A stretch of DNA of 62,997 nucleotides, counting the filler, from Conidiobolus incongruus B7586 (taxonomy: Eukaryota): assembly GCA_000697335.1 (NCBI GenBank). It is 21 parts of 21 records of this genome, joined end to end, with 100 filler letters (N's around TTAATTAATTAA, not from the genome) between each part and the next. Parts side by side here need not be neighbours in the genome. Positions count along the whole stretch, not along the records: positions 54,404 to 60,885 come from JNEM01007211.1; positions 60,986 to 62,997 come from JNEM01007212.1; 19 more parts are not named here. One strand, given 5' to 3'. The translations under genes and the position numbers were made by a program. Shown here one piece after another: positions 54,987 to 62,997 of the stretch. Below the pieces are notes generated by a model. It was not told the origin of the DNA and did not search any database. It saw only the letters and a program-made list of their open reading frames with translations. Each line of letters starts with the position of its first letter. Positions within the stretch are counted from its first letter, which is position 1.

Positions 54987-56301
54987 TTATCTTAAATTTG
55001 AAATAATGGGAAATTTTTTAATTTCTGATTTTTCAAACATATTATTAATTTGAAATAAATAAATATATACAAAGTTAATAGGAAATTATATATTTTTAAT
55101 ATAAATATATATATATATATATTAGTTTTTTTGATTAAAAAATTAACTTTTTAAAATTAGTTGTTTAATTTAATTATGTTCAAACCAAATAATAATCATT
55201 AAAAGTTTTTTATTTTGGTATTAGTAAAACTTAACCATAAACCCTTTAAAATTATTTAAAATTTATAAGTAGCTTTTAATAATAAAGTATTATCTAAATT
55301 AACAATTTATTGCTAGGTAAATTATTTTAAAGATAAAAGAGAAACTATTCAAAACCTGTTAAAATTTAAAAAACTAACATCAACTATTATTTTGTCAATT
55401 ATAAATAAAGTGAAAAAATATATTAAAAAATACTTTTTTATTTTAGTTAGAGAATTATCTAAACACTTTAATATTAGTTTTATAAGTATTCTATATATTT
55501 TAAAGTTTAAACTAAAATTAATAAATAAAAATATAAAATAAATACCTTATAATTTAAATAAAGCTTAAAAAAACTAGAGTAGTTATTGTTAAACAAAACC
55601 TATTAAAATATTACTACAAGCTTAAACTTTTACAATAAATAATTATAATTAATGAATCTTAAATCTTTATATATAATCCTTTACTAAAACACAAATCAAA
55701 ATGTTAGATTAAGCTAAATTAACCCCCTTTACAAATCCTTTTAAATAAGTATTTTATTAATAAGTGAATGTTAATTATTATAATAGATTATAATAGTATA
55801 TACTATTCTTATTTAGTTCCTGAAAGAAAATTAATTAATAGTAAATTATATATTACTTTTTTAAATAAAAGTATTTTAATTAGTGTTCTCAATATAATTT
55901 AAGAAAACCTATTATTTTGTATAATAATTGTAAAATATATAAATTTAAAGCTGTAAAAAACTTTCTAATTAAAAATAACTGGAAGAAACTACTACATCTA
56001 GTATATTCTTTTGATTATAACCTATGTAATTATAATTACTTTAGGCAATTAAAAAACCAGCTTACAAGAAAGAAAATTTCTACAGGAAAATTTAATTGGT
56101 TTGTAAAACATTAAATTTCAGTCTTTAATAAAAAGAACTGTTTTTTAAGTGTTAGAAGTTTGTTAAAAGTATAGCAAAAAGTTATTAATAATAAAAGAAA
56201 CTATTAAATTTATATTATATATTTATTTTTATATATCATATATTCAAATGTTTATTTATTTTTAATCACAAAAAATTCCCATTATTAAAAATGCAGAGTA
56301 A
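54987..56301 (+). mobile_element. mariner subfamily C, full-length 1315-bp degenerate copy
   Basis: TA|ttatcttaaatttgaaataatggga...tcccattattaaaaatgcagagtaa|TA. Catalytic Asp codons converted to Asn (INES, YNNC, CNY). Confidence 0.9.
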
Positions 56302-56439
56302 TAGATATTGAATTTACTTTGAAATTGGTGTAAATTACAATCAACCATGATTTAAAATTAGTAAATTATCAAGATATATTTTCAAATTTCAAGATCATGG
56401 ATTTCTTATATTAAACTGTTTATTAATTCATTGACAAGA

Positions 56440-56904
56440 TTAATCAACGATTTGTTCGAAAACAGCTAATTCTTTACCGTCCTCATTCTTCAATATCATT
56501 TGAGTACAATAGCCTACAAGAGGGACCTTATTATCATCTTTATCAGTAACTCCTGCCCAGATTGTAAAGCTTGCTGAGCCTTGTTGTTTAGTATATCCCA
56601 AAGGTTCACAAAGCCATCTTCTAGCATACAATTCATACTGACCATTAACAGAGTTGAAATAATCCACATATGGATTTTTAACTTCTTATGATAGATTTCC
56701 CTCATAAGTAATAGTTGCTGGAACTAAATCAACTCCAGGAACCTGAACACCAAGAACTTTCTTGACAGTTTTTTCAATTGCAACACTTTCAACTTGGAAT
56801 TTGGCAAAGCTCTTATTGCATTAAAAAACACTAGGATCAGTGGTTTTTTCACAGTTTTCAGAAGGCTTAGCAAAGGCGAGAGCAGCAAAGAGCAAGAAAC
56901 GCAT
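56440..56904 (-). pseudogene. Small secreted protein, ML/NPC2-like lipid-binding fold suspected, two in-frame TAA stops
   Basis: Single 154-codon frame MRFLLFAALAFAKPSENCEKTTDPSVF*CNKSFAKFQVESVAIEK...ITYEGNLS*EVKNPYVDYFNSVNG...WLCE...LKNEDGKELAVFEQIVD. Stops at 56821-56823 and 56686-56688. TATAAATA at 56945-56952. Confidence 0.75.
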
Positions 56905-59860
56905 TTTGATTGATTTGATGAATATTATTCATTTTCCAACCCATTATTTATATTAATTATAATTTATATAAACTGTGCCAATTCAACTGTCATTATTTAA
57001 AATAAGCATAATAACTCTATTAGTTTCATATCACAGATATTTGGATAAATTCAATAATTTCACAGAACAATTTATTACTTCAGTTTTATAAGCAAATTCA
57101 AAATAATTTATATTAAAATGCTTTAACATTTTTAACTTATTTTTAGTTATCATTTTCATTGAACTTGATTTGATTTTTATAAAAATATCTTATTTTCCTT
57201 TATTAATGGTAACTATTAAAATAATCCCTATAAATGCTATTGTTTAATTTTTTATATATTAAATGGTTAGACGTGAGTAATGATGTTGGGTAATTTATCA
57301 ATTTTTAATAATAATAATTACATAAAAACACAATTCCAATTATAATATATAAGTTTAAAAGATCATTTGATATTTTATTAATACTAAGTTTCAATTCACT
57401 AAGTGCCATATTTACATTAAATATACAATAGTTTGTTATATATATTTATTGGAAAAGTCACAGTTTATAAATATATATTTTGAATATATTTATAATAAAA
57501 ATTTTCAAAATCCAATCATTAACTTGATACCAAATGAAATGAAACAAAATTATATAATTTTGATTTATAATAGTTAATTTAGTTCTATTAAATTTTTTAA
57601 TGTTTCTATTATTTCCATTTCAATTTTGATAAAATAATATATATAAGATACCTAATTAAAAAAATTCTTCATTCAATTAAAATAGACTATATTCAAAAAT
57701 ATAATTAGACCTGGATAATATGTATATATATAATTTATGAAAGCTCAATAAATTATAATATATTCTCATTAAGCAATAAGGTTATTCAAGTTATATATAT
57801 TTATGAGAATCATATTATTATTTATAGTAACAAACAAATTAATTTTAATTGGATTGAAATAAAATAGTTTTAATATTTATTTCATAAATAAAAATACCTA
57901 GATTATTCAAGTTTAATTCTTACGATATAACAGATAATTAATTTCTCTTTAAAACTATATAACGTCATATTAATAATATAAATAATCTTTATTGAGTTAT
58001 ACTTAATTAAATTAATAGTAACACTATTTGATAAACTTTCCAAATACTAATAAAATTGAATGAGCTTGAAAATTATAAATAGTTAAGTATCAATATAATT
58101 ATGTTTCAAATAAAAAAGATATTCAATATGTTATCTAATAATAATTCTTAGTTATATTGGTAATATATTACAATTAATTAAAATATAATTTGAAAGACTT
58201 TCAAATTTCAATTTTATGAGATTATAATATTTATGACGAGAGCAATTATTCATAAAATGGAAATATTATTCTCATTGTTAATCTAAAATTATTAACTAAT
58301 TATATATAAATTTGCTTATATGATTAAATTAAAAACACTTCAGTATTTAAGGTTATTATTCATAATATTTTCAATGATGATTGATAAAATGATTAGTTTA
58401 ATAAAAACAAATTTATCATCCATATTCAAATCTGAATAAATTTTTTCATTTTGCTTTTTATTTAATATTCATTAATACTATTTATTACTTAATATATTGA
58501 TTTATCAAACTAATTTGTTAATATTCTAAATAGTTAATTGGTTAATAAATAAAAATATAAAAAACAATAATATATTATTTTTAACTTATTATACATATAA
58601 ATATATATATATATATAGGAAAATATGAACTAATAATAAATTATAGATAAATTCAAAAACTCATTGTATATCAGCAATTTCAAATATTTACTTAATAATT
58701 ATTTATAATCATAGCGGGAAAAAATATTATTGAATTAATCAAATGGTAATACTCATTAAAATATATGATGTTTTATGCTCAAGTTATAAAAATTGATATA
58801 ACTTAATTAGTTATCATCTATATAAAATAACACATTCAAAATGTCCATAATCTTGGATAAATATACTGAAGTTATGCCAATACTTGCAAAAATTTATTAT
58901 TAAATTAATTAAAATTCACTATTTGAGTTATTGTGAATAATGCATAACTTTATAAAATAAAGAGTTTCTAAACCTAATTTAGTATTTGAATCACTTAGTT
59001 TGATATGAATAATTTTTAAACTAAAATAATAATATTAAATTATATTATCAACGCTTTACTTTAAAGTTTATTCTATATATATACAGTCCTATAAAATATT
59101 CCATTAGCTTTGATATTTACATTTTGCATATTTAATACGAATTTAATCAGAATATCTAATATTTGATTATCAAATTAATCAAACTAATTTTGCAAAATAA
59201 ATTAATAATGATAAAATTTGAATGGATAAGGTCTAAAACTTTTTTATAACTAAATTGCTTTAGCTTGAACAATGTAATTAGTTAATAATAATGATAATTA
59301 ATAAAAATAATATTTTTTCTTAAATGAAATAAATATAAAATAAATAGATTAATAAATTTGATAGTATCTAAGTATTAATTAATATTTATCTATAATTCAA
59401 ACTAAAGACTAAATCTTAATTATAAACAAATATATTGACTAAACTAATTCGAATTGTTTAAACTTTTTAAAATGTTTAAGATAATATATATAATTGAAAA
59501 AGCTACTAAAACAGATTATTATCTAGTTTTAATATTATTTAATAAAAATTATAATTTATTTAATTAGTATTATTATCAATTTAATTAGATATTTAGTGAT
59601 AAATTAAAAGAATCAGTAAATAATGATATAAATAACTAAATCAAAACTATCCAACTTAAATGAACTCATCATTTTATATTTATAACTTAAAAATATATTA
59701 TATTAGTTCCTGAACACCGTATTTACAGATATATCTATAATTATTAATATAATATAAATTAATATAAAATTTTATTAAAAATATTAAAAATTTCTGGATC
59801 ATAATAAAAACTTTATTATCAAGGAAAAATTAAATAGGTAGAGAATATTTTAATCCAATT

Positions 59861-60285
59861 TTAATAAGGTTGGTAGTTATCAATATCAACGAATAACTTT
59901 GAGATTTTGACATAAGTGCAGAATCTAAACTCAAAAGTACCACGGTGATTCACAGGATCAATGGTGATTAAGTTGTTAAAGGTGTGGGGCTAATAACTAA
60001 TTGGTAATATAATAAGCCTATAAATGTTAATAATGTGCTTTCTAAAGTGAAAAGAATTATAATTAATTGGAATACCAGTCCAAGCTTACTTGATAATTTT
60101 ACTAATATCCTAAGTTAAAATAAGTATTAACTTGCCCAAATTACTCTGCTTGTTTTTGATAAGGTTTATATAAAAAGTCTAAAAAACATAATTCAATATG
60201 GAACAATCAATGATTTCTTTTTCATTACTCTGGACATATTCTTTGGCTATTATAGCAATAAGTAAGAAAAAGCTCAAAAGTTCAT
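59861..60285 (-). pseudogene. Second small secreted protein pseudogene, ML-like pattern
   Basis: After a 1-nt frameshift next to the ATG, one frame reads LLSFFLLIAIIAKEYVQSNEKEIIDCSILNYVF*TFYINL...T*DISKIIK*AW...LPISY*PHTFNNLITIDPVNHRGTFEFRFC...QPY*. Confidence 0.5.
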
Positions 60286-60804
60286 AATTTATTTTTAATT
60301 TTAATTCTTTTTAAATTAAAATAGATAATGAAGTTCTTAAATATAAAAGTAATATTATGAATTATAAAATAATTTTACATACTTTATCTATTTTTTACTT
60401 TATATATCAAGATTATATTTTTTAGAAATTTTTGATAAAATATTGAAATTTTTTATTTGTAAATTTAATTTTTTAAATTTTGGTCCAATATCTATTATAA
60501 AAATTTTATAATATATTATATCAAATTACATTCATCTTTTTATCATTATTTTCATAATAAATTTTTAATAATGACTCAATATTCAGAATTATAATTTTTT
60601 AAAATTATAAATTTAATTATATTAAATTTAGTTATTAAACTATTTTATTCAAATGATAATATCAAATAATATTAATTCACTAATTTTAAATAATATTTTT
60701 TTAATTACATATTTTATTGTAATTTCAAATCAATTTTAAATTTGTTCTTATTATATATCTAATATGATAAAATTCAATAAATTGATATTTTGAATTATTG
60801 ATAT

Positions 60805-60885
60805 TATTATTTTAAATTTAAAATAATGGGAAATATTTTAGTTTCTGATTTTTTAAATATATTATTAGTTTGAAATAAATAAATA
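60805..60885 (+). mobile_element. mariner subfamily C left end, cut by gap
   Basis: Matches 54987-55065. Confidence 0.7.
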
Positions 60886-61035
60886 NNNNNNNNNNNNNNN
60901 NNNNNNNNNNNNNNNNNNNNNNNNNNNNNTTAATTAATTAANNNNNNNNNNNNNNNNNNNNNNNNNNNNNNNNNNNNNNNNNNNNTATTATGAATATAGA
61001 GGAATAACATATAAATTACATATTATATCTAGTAA

Positions 61036-62390
61036 TTACTTTATAGTTTAAATAATCAGAATCTTTTACAATTGAAAAAAAATAAACATTTTAATATATA
61101 AAAAGTAAAGATAAATATATAATATAAAATTAATAATTTCTTTTATTTCTAATAATTTTTTACTATATTTTTAATAAAGATCTAACACTTAAAAAATAAT
61201 TATTTAATTAAAAACTGAAATTTAATATTTTATAAACTAATTAAATTTTCTTATAGAAATTTTCTTATAGCAATTTTCTTATAGAAATTTTCTTATAGAA
61301 ATTTTCTTTTTTGTAAGCTAGTTTTTTAATTACCTAAAACAATTATAGTTACATAGGTTATAATCTAAAGAGTATACTACATGTGGTAGTTTTTTCTAGT
61401 TATTTTTAATTAAAAAGTTTTTTACAATTTTAGATTTATATACTTTATAATTATCATGTAAAATAATAAGTTTTCTCAAATTATATTGAGAATACTAATT
61501 AAAAATAGTTTTATTTAAAAAAAATATAAAGATTACTATTAATTAATTTTCTTTTAAGAACTAAATAAAAATAGCATATGCTATTATAATTTATTACAAT
61601 AATTAACATTTGCTTATCAATAAAGTGTTTATTTAAAAGAATTTACAAAGGGGGTTAATTTGGTTTAATCTAACATCTTTATTTATATTTTAGTAAAGGA
61701 TTATACAAAAAAAATCTAAGATTCATTAATTGTAATAATTTGCTATAAAAGCTTTGGTTTCTAGCTATACCTTAGTAAGTTTTGTTTAGCAATAGCTACT
61801 CTAGCTTGTTTTTAAGCTTTAGTTAAATTTTTAGGTACCTATTTTATATTTTTATTAATTAATTTTAATTTAAACTTTAATATATATAAAATACTTATAT
61901 AACTAATATTAAAGTATTTTGATAATTCTCTAGCTGAAATAAAAAGATGCTTTTCAATATATTTTTTTACTTTATTAACAATTAGAAAAATAACAATTAA
62001 AATTAATCTTTTAGATTTTAGTAAGTTTTTGGTAGTTTCTCTCCTAGCTTTAAAATAATTTACCAAGTAATAAATTATTGATTTAGATAATGCTTTATTA
62101 TTAAAAGCTGCTTGTAAATTTTAAATGATTTTAGAGGGTTTATAGTTAAATATTACTAATATTAAAATAAAAGACTTTAGATGATTATTATTTAGTTTAA
62201 GCATGATTAAATTAAATAATTAATTTTAAAAAATTATTTTTTTAATCAAAAAAGTTATTATATATATATATATATAATTTAAAACTATTTATTTTTCTAT
62301 TTGTTTTATATATATTTTTTATTTGAAACTAATAATATATTTGAAAAATCAGAAATTAAAAAAGTTCCCATTTTTTTAATTCTATGGTAA
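61036..62390 (-). mobile_element. mariner subfamily C, full-length degenerate copy
   Basis: Colinear with 32687-33996; ends ttcccatttttttaattctatggtaa|TA. Left boundary approximate. Confidence 0.85.
61243..61308. repeat. 14-bp tandem repeat (aaattttcttatag) x4.7 inside the mariner copy
   Basis: Units start at 61243, 61257, 61271, 61285 and 61299 (partial). Confidence 0.9.
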
Positions 62391-62997
62391 TATTAATTAA
62401 ATTATAATCTTTTGAATAATATTATAATTATTTATAAAATTCTTAAAAAATTAAATTATTTTTATAATATTTTATTCCTATATATAATCCCAATTAAATA
62501 AAATTTCAAAATTAAAATAAAAGTAATTTATCATTATTTTATCACAATATTAGTTAAATAAAATATAAATTTAAAGCTACCAATCTTTATTAAATTTTAG
62601 TGTTTTTTATTTTATTTATATTTGATAAAAAAGACTTAGTTACTTATCATTATAAAAGTTATTTTTAAATAATCATAAACTATATTATAAAGTTTAATTT
62701 TATTAAATATAATTTAACAACTTAATATAAATAATAAAATTAATTTATAAATAACTAAAATTAATTTATTTGAAATACTTGGTTTTTTTAATTTTATTAT
62801 ATTTATTTCAAAATTAAAATGATTAATCGAATATAAGCTAATATAAACAATTATTCACGATTTTTCTATAATAATTGATATATATTTGAATAATAATTAT
62901 TAATTTTATAATATTTGCTATATAAAATTTTTGATTTTTTTTTATTTTAATATTTTATTATTTTTGTTAATATTTTTTTTAAATTTTATATATTAAA

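Noticed and set aside
56440..56904. TAA/TAG reassigned to Gln (alternative genetic code) to explain in-frame stops
   Set aside because: SPT14, MRPL9 and the homeobox gene end in TAA and have no internal TAA/TAG. TE stops also fall at Trp positions, which fits mutation rather than recoding.
1..62997. CRISPR arrays, rRNA/tRNA genes, organellar or prokaryotic origin
   Set aside because: No repeat-spacer array or structured RNA gene seen. Spliceosomal introns and LTR/Tc1-mariner elements show nuclear eukaryotic DNA.

Overview
Very AT-rich eukaryotic draft scaffold, with contigs joined by 100-nt N44-TTAATTAATTAA-N44 linkers. The fungal-type genes and short AT-rich GT-AG introns suggest an early-diverging fungus such as Conidiobolus; this is an inference, not a determination. 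Roughly two thirds of the window is a nested transposon graveyard. It holds about 12 copies of a Tc1-type (DD34E) family, about 10 copies or fragments of two related mariner (DD34D) subfamilies, one Ty3/gypsy family (about 400-bp LTRs, iMet-type PBS) and one lightly mutated RT from a second gypsy family. Intact host genes are all on the minus strand: a Cys-rich secreted orphan (4117-5034), a homeobox TF (38318-39496), 9-exon SPT14/PIG-A (45906-47734) and 3-exon mitochondrial uL3/MRPL9 (48345-49394). Pseudogenes missed by the ORF track are an SPC24 kinetochore gene, two ML/NPC2-like small secreted proteins and weaker remnants. The main signal is a repeat-targeted C>T/G>A hypermutation. It hits DNA transposons and retrotransposons on both strands, removes CpG first and other contexts later, leaves element length nearly intact and spares unique genes. 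It appears to leak into TE-adjacent genes and in one case created the TA site later used by a mariner. This looks like a RIP-like or methylation-driven genome defence in a lineage where RIP is not established. All alignments and counts were made by eye.
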